From: the human T2T-CHM13v2.0 reference genome, Homo sapiens
Assembly (NCBI RefSeq): GCF_009914755.1
Contig: NC_060947.1
Length of the DNA stretch: 64,000 nucleotides
Reading direction: 5' to 3' (one strand)
The stretch's first letter is position 1. Each line of letters starts with the position of its first letter. Below the pieces are notes generated by a model. That model was not told the origin of the DNA, ran no database searches, and saw only the letters and a program-made list of their open reading frames with translations. Shown here piece after piece: positions 11,711 to 25,705 of the stretch. Made by a program: the position numbers and the translations under genes.

Positions 11711-14589
11711 CTGCAAAAGAAGGAGAGACATGATTTGGGCTCCTTTCTCACTGGCAAAATTAATGAGAAAATGTCAATGTAATAAATGTCTTCACTTGTA
11801 AATGAACTAGACCATTAGCAACGTCCTGAGAGAGGTTTACTTAGGGTTTCACAAGAGGAGGAGACGGAGTGATGGCCTTCTTCACCAGGCCGAAATAAGG
11901 CATTAGTTGTAGCACCTATCAGCCTCCTAGACACTATCTTAAATGAAAGGCCATGCAATAGAAAGGTGTTAATTTAACTCAAAGGTTGAGATGGAGAAAC
12001 CAGCATCTACTGTGCTCTCAGCTGAAACGTGACGTCATTTGAAGAAAGCTTGACTTCAGCAGCTTCTTTCACAGGCTGCTACTATGGCTGAACTCTCATG
12101 CTTTACATATCTTAGGCAAAATGATGTCTTTTCCATATGCATTCTTACAACTCTCTCTCAACATTGCTACACTTAAAAATAAAACATCAATGAGAAATAT
12201 CCCAAGAACTCTTTCAACAAATATTTTATGAAGACTGTACATTTATAGCTGACGTTTGGGTGGGGGCACCTAGCTGTGTTTACACATGAATGTACTATTT
12301 TCTAACCAATGATCTCAATCTGGGATAAGAGATTTACATAGGGAACTGCCACGTTAAAATTTTATTTAGAACCTAAGGGTAATTATTTGATTAAGAATAA
12401 TCACTTGTTCACTCAGGTAAGATCCTTGACATTTCTAAAAACTGTCACCCTATGAAGTGAGACCTTGTTGAGGTTGAGTCTTAAATAAAAGTCCAAGGCT
12501 AGTTTTCACACATGCTTGAGAAAATCATTTTTTTTAAAAAAAAAGCTGATTACAACCTGAGTAGGAAGGCATGGCGGGAGAGAACTGCAAGGAGTTTCTG
12601 CTGTGTATACTCACAGTGACTTTCTTTCTCTTGATAGCTCAGTACTGTTGTTTGTTTGTGCCTTCCTCATTAACTCATGATCATCCAAAGCCCTTACTCA
12701 AAAAAGGTTGACCTATTCCTAAAATACACATGCCCAGCCAGTATATTCCTAGCCAGTCCTATGTGTGCATCCCACAAGCATCTGGTCTTCAGGGAGCCTT
12801 TCAGTAGAGTAATCTTGATGGTAGGGAACACACAGCTTAAAAGAGAGATAGCTCATACCAACCACCATCCACTTGTATGGTAGGGAGAATCACTCCAGGA
12901 CTGGGTCACGAGTCACTTCCATTCCAGAATCTCAGTGGTTTCAACTGAGCACAAAGGAGATATTGATGAAATAATTTTTTTATTAATAGATATGTGACAT
13001 GTCCTGATTTCATATCCAATGTGAGGAGAGGCTACCTCTCTACAGATCTCCATTCAGTTGTGGAGCTTAATGTCATATTTGGGTCATAGTCATTAGCTTT
13101 TAGAAAAGCACATTAACCAGCTCCTTTAGCACAGAGAGCACACGCGTATACTTCTTTGTATGCTTCACAATAACTTCCTTGCACAGTCAGTGCTTAATAA
13201 ACACCTGCTGTGGGTGATTCACTCCATTTTCTTCGTTCTAGCTGATCACTGGGCAAGGTGCTGTCTACATCTCAAAATTCAATTTCTGGTCTCAACTTTG
13301 TATTTCCAATGTGAAATGTGTGGAGTTTTCCCTGGTTCAGACCAGAATATGACTTCAGCCTTCTACAAGCTTACATCAGTCCAGAATACTGTGCCAAATC
13401 TGCATTGCAGTTCCATGATAAATTTCACTTCATCTTGGGTTGCACTTCAAGAGTAAAGTCATATGCAAAGTTATATTAATGCAGCAGTTCCTGGATGACT
13501 ACTTCCATGGCCTCTGCCATATCTAAGGAGTTTGAAGACTTTCCCAGATGTCAGAAAATTTATTCTGACAACAGCTTCTAAGTTCCATACTGCCTCCTTA
13601 ATCATGGCAGCACAGGCTAGATTGACTAAGACTGGACCCATTGTGTAAGCCTGTTTCTACACATGAGTGATGGGAAGTGGGGTCAGACAGGGCACCACCC
13701 ACTGTGATACAGTCCACCATAACATCAGGGACTAGTTTGAGTACAGTGCTGAAGCTTGGGAAGAACTCGTCTTGCCAGAGTTAAGCCCTTCTAAGGGCTT
13801 AAGTGGTTTCTTCCCTTTTTTGGTACAAAATCCATGAAAAATGAAAACTGCATATAGAATTTAATGTTATTCTCTATGCTTTTCCTATAGTAGCATAAAA
13901 AATGCTTTGCTCAACCATGATATAAGCAAAAGGCACATTGTGATTCTGTAGTGGTAGTAAATAACCGAGTAAGAGTTGAGCCAGCATCTTACAAACAACA
14001 GACAAATGGCATATGGTTTGTACAGTTTTCTTTTCAAAGAAGCAGAGAAGAAATGGTATCTTTGATAGTATGTCTGTTTTGATAGAAGCTAAGGGTTTTA
14101 TATACAGGGAAGTTGCAATAAATTATTTCAGAATTCCAAGCTACTTGGATTGAGGGATTATTGCTAGCTAAATTGTAGAGGCTATTTGATGAAGCCAGAA
14201 CTCCTGGGGTCCTAACTGGTTCAAAAAGGGGACTGCAACAGCAAACAGCAGCCAGCTGGGAGGCAGCTGGCTTCAGTGCGTCTCCACAAACTAGTTGAAA
14301 AATGGAAAATATTAGTCCCTTATGTAGTTCTTTTCTCAACATGACTCCCACAAACCCACAAGCCCGGCCAATTTTTTTCTTTACCCAAAATACTATTTTA
14401 GCTGTTTTTATCAAATTGAGTGGCTGTTTTGGTGTCACTTAGCTACAGCTTCATTTCTAGAGAAAGAAAGGTACATGTTCAGTCCAACATCACCCCCTAC
14501 TGGTTTGCCATTAGAGACCAGGAAAATCCGTGATAAATCTTAATCTTCTCAAATTATCTTTTATTTTTCTTTAAAACATTGAAACATCA

Positions 14590-14790
<201 letters not shown>

Positions 14791-15479
14791 TCAGGGGGTT
14801 GGAATTACAGTCAACAGGTATGCACCCAATGCTAATAGAGGAATAGTGCAAAGAGGAAGGAATGTATCTTTGTAAAAGAATAAAAGTTGCCATCATATAG
14901 CTCTGTGAATCTGAAGAAAGACACAATGAGTAGTGAACTCTTTGCCCTACAAGAAAGCAAATTTATAACAATGCAGACATGACTGCCCTTCTGATGTATA
15001 CCTTTGTTCCACGTAACAGTTACACCTGAGATGCTTATATTTGTCAACAGGGACAAACAAGTATCAAACCCAAACCAGAAAGGCCTGGGCAGGGATTCAG
15101 GGTCCAAACATGTTTGTTGTAAGGAAAAAAATGTGACTTTTTCTTGTGCCTTAGGGTTGGAAGAAAGGCTTTCATGGGTTTATCTGGTTCCCAAACTGTG
15201 TCTATCAAGAGAATTATTCTAAAACATTTCAAAAATCTGAAAACAAATAGAGCTGACTTTCAATTATCTGTGTTGGGGCATGGAAAAGCAGTATGTATAT
15301 ATAATCAAAGGATATTTTGCATTTAGCATTTTTTGTTCTTACATTTTAATATGGCTGTGTTAAGTGTTCAAGGTAATTGAGAAAACTTCAGCAGCCGTAC
15401 TGAAAAGTCAGTTTGGGAGTATCCAGAAAGTTCTTCACCTTCAACTTTCTGGTTTCTGCTCTGATTTTGTTTTCCTAAA

Positions 15480-15599
15480 AAGAGATAGGGGGTCTCACCA
15501 TATTTCCCACGCTGGTATCGAACTCCTGAGCTCAAGTGATCCCCCCACCTCGGCCTCCCAAAGTACTGGGATTACAGGCATGAGCCACCATGCCTGGCC
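15480..15599 (-). mobile_element. Alu monomer (FLAM-like)
   Basis: gaactcctgagctcaagtgatccccccacctcggcctcccaaagtactgggattacaggcatgagccacc; left arm only. Confidence 0.88.
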
Positions 15600-15639
15600 T
15601 TCTGCTCTGTTTTTACGGCTAGGCACCAAGGGGAATAAA

Positions 15640-17560
15640 AAAGAAATGTAACACATAGTCTCAGTTCTCCAGGAATTTATAGTCTAATTGAAGAGAAGAT
15701 ACTATCAAAGAGGAAGCAATTAAGCAGTAACCCAAGACAACATATGGCTGAGGCAAGAAGCACAGACAGAGGTGCTATAATAACTCAGAAAATGGGAGGA
15801 GGTGCTTATTAGGACCTGACTCAATCAAGAAGGGTCCAGTGGAGAAGGTAGGATTTGATCTAGGTCTTGATGGGTGAGTAGGATTTGAACAGTGGAAAAG
15901 GGACATAAATCAAAGGCTTGTGGTTGGGATTGTACAGGGAATTTGGGAAGCTCTTAGAGAGAACAGTCTGCCTAGTTCACATGGCTCACGAGAAACTGGA
16001 GACAAGGTTGGATTAAGTGGGTTGTACAAGATGGAGGATCTTGAACCACTAGAGAATTTTGAGCAAGGAATTGCATGATCTTTTTTCTCAGATCAGTGTA
16101 TAAAATGCATTGAAAGGGGAAAATGTAAAACCAGGAAAACCCTCCAGATGGCTGCTGCAGTAATCCAAGCACAAAGTACTTAAAAGGAGGCAATGATAAG
16201 AAGTGGATGGCCATGAAGAAGTAATAAGAGAGACGTAAAAGAATCAACAGATTTATTGGCTGTCTGATTGACAACCATGAGAAAATTGCCATGAGCTTGT
16301 GAGTTTATGCTGATTTGTGGGAAAAGATGACTTGAAGTTTTAAATATGTTAAATTTGAAATAATGGTGAACCCTACAAGAAGAGGTATGCTGAGGGGGGT
16401 TGGAAATGTGAAACTGAAGCACAAATGACAGATGAGGGCTTTTCTCTAAAAGAAAAAATCAAACGCCTGCTATGTGCTAAGAACTCTGGATACAAACATG
16501 AGTAAGATATGCTTCCTGCCACCAAGGAGCTTAAAGCCTAATGGAAGGACAGACAAGGAAACACAGATTATGCTGATGACTATGAGAAGGATGGATGGTA
16601 AGAGGCAAGAGTGAAAGCAAGAAGATGCTATTGCAGTGATCCAGGCAAGAGATCTTGGTGTCCCAGGCTTGGGTTGTGAGAGTGAATAAGAGACAAGAGA
16701 GATCAATAAATATTTAAAAGGTAAAGAGTGTTCAAGACTTAGTAGTTAGTTGAACGTTAAAGGTCAGAGTAAGGGAGGAGTCAAAGAGAATGACTCTCAA
16801 GACTAACTGGAGTAACTAGGTCAATGGTGGTACCACCAACTGAAATAGAGAATAAATATAAGAAGAGCAGGAAGTTTGTATGGGTAAAAAAATAATTGTT
16901 TTAGATGTGTCGAGTCTAAGGTCCATGTGGAACATTCAGGTGGGCATATCAGCAGGAATTTTGATATAGAAGGCTGAAGCTTAAGGGAGAAGACTGCACT
17001 AAAGCTGTGGAGTTGGAAGTCATCAGCGTACAAGTGGTAGTTAAACCACAGATATGAATGAGATCACCCATGAGAGTATGTAGGAGGAGAAAAACAGTGG
17101 ATCCTGACAGAACACTGGAGAAGACCAATATAAGGGACAATTAGAGACAAAAGGAATTATCAGACAGTGGTAGGAAATGAAAGTCAGGTTGCTGTGGGTT
17201 GAGTAATAAATTAGAGGTGAGACATGCAGACAGCAAAAAGATCACAAGACTGAGAGCTTTGCAGAAAATGTTAGAGAACAGGAAGAGTCAAGAGAACCAG
17301 TAAATAAAGTGAAAAGCAGCATTCACAGAGTGAGGAGCATGTCATAAAAGCCAATTGAGGAGCATTTTAGGGAGGCTTGTCATGAATTCCAGATGCTGCA
17401 GAGGTAAAGGCAGACAAGGACCGGGGAAAGTGGTGAGAACTGAAGTCAGATTGCAAAGGGGCTAAGGAGGGAGTGGACAGTGAAGAAATGGCACAGTGGA
17501 TGTCATTCATTTTTTTAAAGAAGTTTGGTAGGAAAGGGGTGAAAAGGATGGGGGAAGGAA
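15640..17560 (-). mobile_element. Degenerate L2 LINE fragments
   Basis: Purine-rich L2 antisense motifs (gcagtaatccaag, gatgacttgaagtttt, ggagttggaagtcatcagc). Boundaries rough. Confidence 0.6.
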
Positions 17561-17969
17561 AGGAGCCTAGAAGAGCAGAGCAGAGAGAAAAAGGTGGGGA
17601 GTGGATACAGAAGCAAGAGGAGCTAGTAGGTAATGAATGTGGGAGGAAAATAATTCAGAAGTAGGGATTTTAATTAATTAAATGAATTATCCTAACTACA
17701 ACATATACCTGTTGATCTTGTAGCATAGTCAAACATGGAAATATTGCCTCTAACCAAAATGGTAGATTAAAAGAGTTTAGTACCTGGAACAAGGAGCTGC
17801 TGCCCACTGTGTTAGTGCAGGTACTGGGAGGAGAGTAAATTTGGGTAGGCATAAAGGAATTATGCAGCCCGGACACCTGGATAATCCGGTGGCCAGGAAT
17901 CAGGGGAGAGCTATCTTTTTCCCTTTCTTTTTTAGTCTTCCTAGAGGCGCATTAGAATGTTTCCTCTTA

Positions 17970-18385
<416 letters not shown>

Positions 18386-18989
18386 TAGCTACCTCACAGG
18401 CTCCTGATTGACCTTAGAAAAATACCAGGCTCTGAGACATTTGGGGAGAAGAGAAAAGGGAGATTTCTGGGACTGTCCCTAGGGTGTCCATGGGGGAGCA
18501 TCTTAGGAGAAAGTGCCTATGATGCTTCCCAGCAAATGTTTCTATAGATTATTTGGGGTAAATAAGCTAGGGTAGCCTTAAGGAAAATATAGGGAAGGGG
18601 AAAGGAAGAACATTCCCTCTGCTTTGCCTTGCTAATACGATGAAGTTAGTTTTGCAGGCCTATTGGGTATGAGAACTGAGTCTCTTTCCACCAGTTACCT
18701 CCTCCTCTCCTACTGCTACCTCCCTGAGGAGCAGCAGTACTGGCCCTCAACTGCTTTGCAGGGGACGGTTAGGGCTGGACACTTGGAAATAAAGCCAAAT
18801 CTATGTTCCTCACCTTCCCCACAGAAGTGTGCTCACTTTTAGATAACCAGTAAGTTGAAACTTTTTGGGTAAATCCAAAAAATAACTAAGCTGAAGGGAC
18901 TTTTTATGAAATGCGCCAGTCAGACTGTGTTACTACAAGTTTGAATCCAGTTAAAACCCATGTGTTCCCAGAGAACTGCACTCACAGAA

Positions 18990-19235
18990 TACAACAGTTA
19001 AGAACATGAAACTCTGAAGTTATACCATCTTGATTAGCATTTAAGATTCAACACTTACAAACTGTGTGGCCATGGGCAAATCACTTAATCTCTCTGTACT
19101 TCAGTATCCTTATCTGTAAGATAGTGATAATGATAGTAAAAACTTCGTAGGGTTTTCTAAGGAATAAATAATTTAATATATGTCAAAGCATTTAAAACCT
19201 GCCTATTGGATGATACTATATAATTAGTTCAAGCT
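18990..19235 (-). mobile_element. MIR SINE
   Basis: tgtgtggccatgggcaaatcacttaatctctctgtacttcagtatccttatctgtaag. Confidence 0.75.
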
Positions 19236-19284
19236 ATCACCATCATCATCATCAACATTATCATCATCATCATCATCATTATCA
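19236..19284. repeat. (CAT)n trinucleotide repeat at a MIR end
   Basis: Interrupted catcatcatc arrays seen directly. Confidence 0.9.
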
Positions 19285-21408
19285 AATAGGTACATCTTGA
19301 AACCAGCCCTGGAACTGTGGGTATGATTCAGCTCCAGAGAAAGAAGTTTAGCAATCAGCAATAGGCTCCTCATCATGAATTACTATAGCCAATAACAATA
19401 ATCCTTTCAATCTATAGGACTTTCTGCCTCAACATGTTTCCATCCAAGGTCTCCCTTACCTTGTGCAATTTGAGGAAAGGATACCTACCCTCAGATAGGC
19501 ATGCCAGCCTGCACACAGGAAGGAAGGATTACAATGTAAATGCTACATGCAAGGGGAAGTCAGTGGCTGGCCATTATCAGAGATTAGTTGTTGACCCTTT
19601 AGCTTTGATGAGTCAGTCACCCAGGAGGCCCCAAGGATATGGATGAGGAGATTAGAAGAGCAGGGAGTATGGGCATGCATGGTCTTGGTGTACAGACTGC
19701 TGTGGAAAATTGTGGGTTGTGTCAGTCAACACAAGGGTGCTGAGGGAAAAGGAGGTTTAGAAAAGGGTGCGATTGGGATGCAGATAGTGGCAGGAAAACT
19801 GAAACTGAATCACTAACTTCATAATTCTACAGTAGCCTTCTCACTTCCATTTCAGATTATCAAGTACCAGGGGAGGTGATTCAAATTTTACAGGTAAAGA
19901 AAATAAAAACACAAATGAGTTTGGTCATTTGCTGCTGGTTCAATTTTTATTTCCTTTGCACTGTGCTGTTTTTAATAAATAGGGCTGAAAAAAATAAATT
20001 TCATTTTTGGATTTATATAGCCCTGCTCTGTTCTGAGAACAGCCCATTAACTCCCTACTGCAACCATTAAGTACCAAAATATCTAATGGCCTATTGCTAA
20101 GACCCCCAACAATTGTCTGAACAGAATCAGCTGGATTGATTAAACCAGTAGCTGTGTTACAGCCCACGCTGAATCATCTTTGATTTTAGTTTCAACTGAA
20201 TTAGCTTTCAGTGATTTGTTTTTCTCTTCAGGCTGCTTGAGTTCAACAAGTTAAGACAGGTACTCTGATTCCATGGATTTTTCCTGCATCGTGGTTTCCA
20301 TGTGTGCTTCTTGATTAGCTTGCAGCTCCTGCTGATTGACAGGTATGATGTTTATTTCTGAGCCCTATTTAGGTGGCTTGGCCTAGCCCTGAGGCTCTCT
20401 ATCTGACCTGAAAAGGCCCTGTCTAATCTGAGATAAACACACTTTCTTGTGTGTGATTTGAGAGCTAGAACATTTCAGACTACTGTGAAGAATCCAATGA
20501 ATGGAGCTACTCATTCTCCAGCTCTACTTTGGTCCTGGGACAGAGAAGCTGTCTAAAGTTTAGGATGCCTGGGGCATCTTTCTCCATCAATAAGACAAGT
20601 ATCCATGATGCAGACAATGTAGAAATGTCCCTGCACAGCTATGAGATTTTTCGTCATTTTTGCCTAGAGACAAGACAACATATGTAAAAAAAGGTAAGGA
20701 GGCATGGCATCAAAATTAGTCAATGCAGTCATTTTGCAAACTCTAATAGAAAGAGTGAAAATTCAAAGGCTGGAGGAGTGAGAGAAGGTGGGAACAGGGG
20801 CTTGCCACCCCACAATTAATCACTTCCCCAGACCTCAGACCAATAGGCAGCTTTTCGGTTACCCTGTAGCAATCCCAAAGAGCCTCGAGTCTAATATTTC
20901 CCTGCTATAATGTCAAGTTCTCTCCATATAAAACAGTACCTGAAGGAGGAGACCAAATTTTTATAGCATGTATTAGATCTACACAAACCTTACCAAGATG
21001 AACTCTGTAGCAGTCACCACCTATGGGCAAAACACCAATACTTCCTCTTTATCCCCTTCAGTGCCTAGTACAGTACTGCCTACACTATTAGTACTCAGCC
21101 ACTGATGTGCAATAACTCTCTTGGTCCCAACATCTTCTTAGTCCCAATTCTAGAAAAAAAGTTCAAAAGAAATCTGACTGGCAATCTTTTGCTGGGTTGA
21201 AAGTTGCTATTTTGTAAATTGGGAAATTACATGCATTCTACCCGGCTCTCATTTCCAGTGATATACCAATGGAAGGGGTGTACTATTTAATTTGTTATTC
21301 CTAAATAACAATATTCCATAAATTTTATTCTTCAATTTTAGAATACATATGGATGGGCCTCATATAAAAATTTCACTATGGAATATATTTTCCTGCTAAT
21401 TAACCTAC

Positions 21409-21601
21409 CTTGTAGACATCATGACTGCCAATTATTGCATCAAAGAGTGTGTACAGGTCATTCAGAAGATCCACGACCTCAATGGGCTCACTCATGGCTG
21501 AAATGGTTGTGAAGCCCACAATGTCGCTGAAGTACAAGGTGACCAAGTCAAAGCCCTCAGGTTCAACTGTGCAGCCCTTTTTGAGAGATTCAGCAACTGA
21601 T
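21409..21601 (-). CDS. GUCY2F: GUCY2F coding exon (~exon 14), cyclase domain start: SVAESLKKG...[15 protein letters not shown]...[12 protein letters not shown]
   Basis: 193 nt. Acceptor ...ttttcag| and donor |gtaggt. FSDIVGF metal-binding Asp motif of class III cyclases. Confidence 0.96.
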
Positions 21602-22389
21602 CTGAAAAGCAGACACAGCTATTCCTAAGATGACACTGGTCCCCCTTCATGCCACATACACCTGCTAAAAATACACCAAATAAACCTCTAAAAATCACTG
21701 CTAATAAATGATGAGGAAGAAAGTGTTACATGGATGAAAACATTAATTCGTTCATTTATTCTACAAATAAGTGTTAAGTGCTTACAATCGGTCAGGAACT
21801 GTGCCAGGTGCTGGAATACAGCACTGGACAGACCTGGTCTGTGCCTTCATGTGGAGGGTTTTCATCTCTCTATACTTCTAACTCAGACCCCTGGGGAATG
21901 CTCCCAGGTGATTGCCCTTTCATGAGGCTAGTTTCCTTAATTATCTCCTAGAAGATCATGTTACAACATAATAAGTAAGGTGCCCTGGAAAACTTGGAAA
22001 CTGTAGCAACAGATAAGGTTTTCAGCTAAGAGAGGAAAGACCTGGAAAAACGACCTTGCTACTTTCCTCTAGGAGCTCAAAGAACTGCTTTCTTTTAATC
22101 GGTCAACCTCCTAGCAAAGTCACGAAGTGACACACAGAAAAAACAAGCACAAAAACTTAAATGACCAGCATGATCTACAGGTAGTGGAAAATTAGGATGT
22201 GTGCTCTGCTCCCTTGGTTTCCAATTTTACTTTGATTTAAAGGTGTGACTAAAGCCCACTAGGAGAAGAGAAGGTGCAGGACAAGGGGAGGCAGCAGTTA
22301 GTTGATGGGTAATTTTTTTCTTTCTCTTTTTTTTTTTTAACAGAACACACTGTTATAAGGATTCACACTCCTCAGGTGTTCTCACATAC

Positions 22390-22553
22390 GGTGGTAGCAT
22401 CTGTGTTAGAAGCTTTTCCGTTTTCTGTTTTTCAATTTCCAGCTCTTCAGTCCGCTCCCGAATCAAATCTTCCAAGTTGCTAGAATATTGCTCCAACATC
22501 CGAAGCATAGAATCAATAATATTGGTCTTCTTCCCTTTATTAAAAGTTTTAAA
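22390..22553 (-). CDS. GUCY2F: GUCY2F coding exon (~exon 13), dimerisation/signalling helix: [54 protein letters not shown]
   Basis: 164 nt. Acceptor ...cttccag| and donor |gtatgt. Typical membrane-GC coiled coil. Absent from the ORF track. Confidence 0.95.
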
Positions 22554-24838
22554 CTGGAAGTAAAATAGAAAAGGGAACCAGAAAATGCTTACTCATCAAA
22601 CTCAGAGATGATGGAGCAGGTCCCCTTATCACAAATCCATTCCACCAAAATGCCAGGGCAGGAAAGGTGAACCCAGATATAAATAGGAAAAGTCACCACC
22701 CATCCTCACTGTCACCCTGACCCATTTACAGGGCACTACCACTGCACCTCTTCCCCCACCCCCGACCCCACCAGTTCTTCCCCTACCCTTCTGGTTCTTT
22801 CAAGCCTGAGCAAAGGTGTTCTGAGCCGGCTCCTTCAGTTCTGAGATGCTATCACGTGAATAGTAGCCACTTCTAAGACAACAGGATTTGGTCTTGAGCC
22901 CAGGCCAATTTTGTGTGAGGTAAGGGGAGAGAGGGCCCAAAGTACCATTTTACTCTTCTGGATCATCAGTTTACTAAATCATTCTTATCCTCAAATGCCA
23001 CTATGTTGCCAGTTTTTGAACAATGAGAGGTTCCTTGACCTCTTACAGAGGGCTCAAGATCCACGTGATAAAATCAACCCCTATTTCTTACCGTGGAGTC
23101 CAAGAATAGTGGTGTCCTCTAGCACCTGTCCTTTGGTCAGTCAGAGTGATGTAAAATTCAACTGATTTTGCCCCCATTCTATGCCCTGATGCCTTAGAGA
23201 TGTCTGCATGTCACAAATTTTCAATACGCCTTTTTGGGACCTTGTCTATCTACAGTAACAGGGAGCTAGGCATAGTATTAGAATCATGAGGGGTAGCCCC
23301 TCTGTACTGCTATAGTCAACATGCACATGACTGTGTTCACAACAACAAAAAATCGGAGGTGGTTTTGCTAAACAGACATCTAGGGCTCTGTCCCAGTGAA
23401 CCTCTTATATATAGCTGGGCCACACATGCTCCACCTAGCACCCAATGCCCCAAGGCCAACACTAGGAGTTTCCCTTCTGAGCCTGGTTCACATCTGCAGG
23501 TCCATCAAAGTCCTGAGGATAACCTCGTAGCCAGTTTAGATGCTTTGGGCTCCCCCTATTGCCTAACCCAGGGAACCTCCCTCTCCTCCTCCTCCTCCCA
23601 CTTAAGTTTTATTAACTGCAGGAAGTTAGGTGGCTAGCCTTGTCATCAGACAGCCTAAACTTCCACTGAAGCATTTCAGTGAGGGCAGCTATAGCAATGT
23701 CTTGTTTGAAAGTCTCATGATGTACACTCCCCCTATCTATCACTGGCTTCTCTGCTGCCTTCTGAAATAACATCTCTAGCATCAACACAGGGGCAAATGC
23801 TCTTTCTCCTGCCTCATGGTAAGGTTTTAGAAATTTGACCTTCATGGTCCTTCGCCTCTTCCATACTATTGAACACCTGTTTGAGTGTCCTCAAGAAACT
23901 CAGCCGGGCTAATGGAGGCATTGTTAGCTGGGGACACGGATGACTTCATAAGCAGGGCCCCTCAGGCTTTCAATCCAACTCTTTCTTTCTTTCCGCCTCA
24001 GATACCTGCCACTCATAAAGCATCTCATTGCTGTACTCCAGCCAGGCACAAAAGCCTCTCTGCCAGAGCTGACACAGCACTCATGGTGAGCACCCTCAGT
24101 TTTGGTGTCCTGTAATTTCAACAAAGCCTAAACTGCATGCTCCAACATTGGAATTGCGCCTTAGCTTCCACAGCAGGGCTCACTCTGTCCTTTCCTTCAC
24201 TCCCCTTTCAATCCCCACCTCTAGGGAGAGAATCACCCCCTTTAGAAATTCAGTATCTTAAGGAGGAAGGTTATCACTTTTCATGTACCCCATTGCCTGG
24301 AAACTTAAGGAATCTCCTGCTTTTGCACGCCACATTTGCACTTTCTCTTTCTTCCATCTTGAACACCCTTTCAAACACTCCATATTTTTCCTGACCTTCC
24401 AAAAACAACCTGAAATTACCTAATTGGTACACTCATGAGAGTTCTCTGGTATCCCCAAAGTAAACATGGCTCTGTGAGGAGCCCCATCTATTCCATGATA
24501 CCCATCATCTAATAGTTTCAATGCCATTGCCTTACAAATGCCTGATGGTTCAATTCCATCTCTGAAAGGTTGATCAGGTCAGATTGTGGATGGTCTGGAA
24601 CAGAGGTTCAGACACAGAAGAACACTAGAACCAATCTTTGGGCTCTTGAAGGATGTGCTGATGACACTCCAGCACCAAGAGCCTCAAAGTAGCCACTCCC
24701 AGGCTGTTCCTCCAAGAGGAGTGCCCTTACCCCTTGCAAGAGGTTCCTTCCACAATATGACAAGGACCCAAGGAGTTAGCCTTGTGTAGGCTGACTTCAG
24801 GAAGGCTCCTGGGCAATGATAAGATTCAGAGTCCTTAC

Positions 24839-24987
24839 CTGGTTAAATATTTCATCAAAAGTTGGTCGTTGTTCTGCAGCCTCAGCCCAGCACTGCTTCA
24901 TCAGCTGGAGACATTCTGGAGGGGCATGCTCAGGAGGAACTACTGGTCTGTACACAGGAGGAGGCTTCTTAAGTCTGTTTATGATTT
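24839..24987 (-). CDS. GUCY2F: GUCY2F coding exon (~exon 12): (E)IINRLKKPPPVYRP...QCWAEAAEQRPTFDEIFNQ
   Basis: 149 nt. Acceptor ...ggacag| and donor |gtaagg. CW...RP kinase subdomain XI. Confidence 0.95.
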
Positions 24988-25499
24988 CTGTCCAGATGCG
25001 AGAAGAGAACCGTTTACAAATCATGGAAAAAATGACCAAGATTTGGCAAAGATAACTGACTTTTAGCCAAGAAGGGGGTAGGTTAGGAGATAACACAGAA
25101 GGGCCATCTCCTTTGCTCTCTCCTTAGGTGGCCTGAATATAGACTATATTTGAGCAAAAGCTGCATTAGGCAATGGGGGAGGAGTGAGAAATTAATCAGT
25201 TGGACTCTTGGTATCATTTAGGCACTTTATTCTGCTTCTGCTAGGTTTTAGATACTGCCTATCTGATGGCAATTCTAATGCTCTAACTTCAGGGACCTGG
25301 CTCCCCTCACCCATCCCCAATCATCTAAGCCTTCCAATCCCCACAATAGACCCACTTAACTCTTCTTACAAGCCCAGGCCCAGCCCAGGTCCAGGTCTCT
25401 ACCTGGTGTCTAGGCAAAGGGAATTAAGAACTGCAGTAAACAGTTCAAGGCCTCATCAAGATCCTCCTGGTTGACGGTCCATGAACTCCACTTCCAGTG

Positions 25500-25705
25500 G
25501 AATATTTACTATATACCAGTAATGTGCTGAACGCTTTGCATGCATTATTTCACTGGATTCTCACATACAAACAAGTGAGGTAGGCACTCTTATTTTAATT
25601 TTATAGCTAGGGAAACTGAGACATGAAGAGAGTAAGTAACTTACCCGAGGTCACATGGCTAGTAAGTGACAGAGTTCAAATTTGAACCCAGACAATCTCA
25701 ACCTG
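25500..25705 (+). mobile_element. MIR SINE
   Basis: gggaaactgagacatgaagagagtaagtaacttacccgaggtcacatggctagtaagtgacagag...tttgaacccag. Confidence 0.8.
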
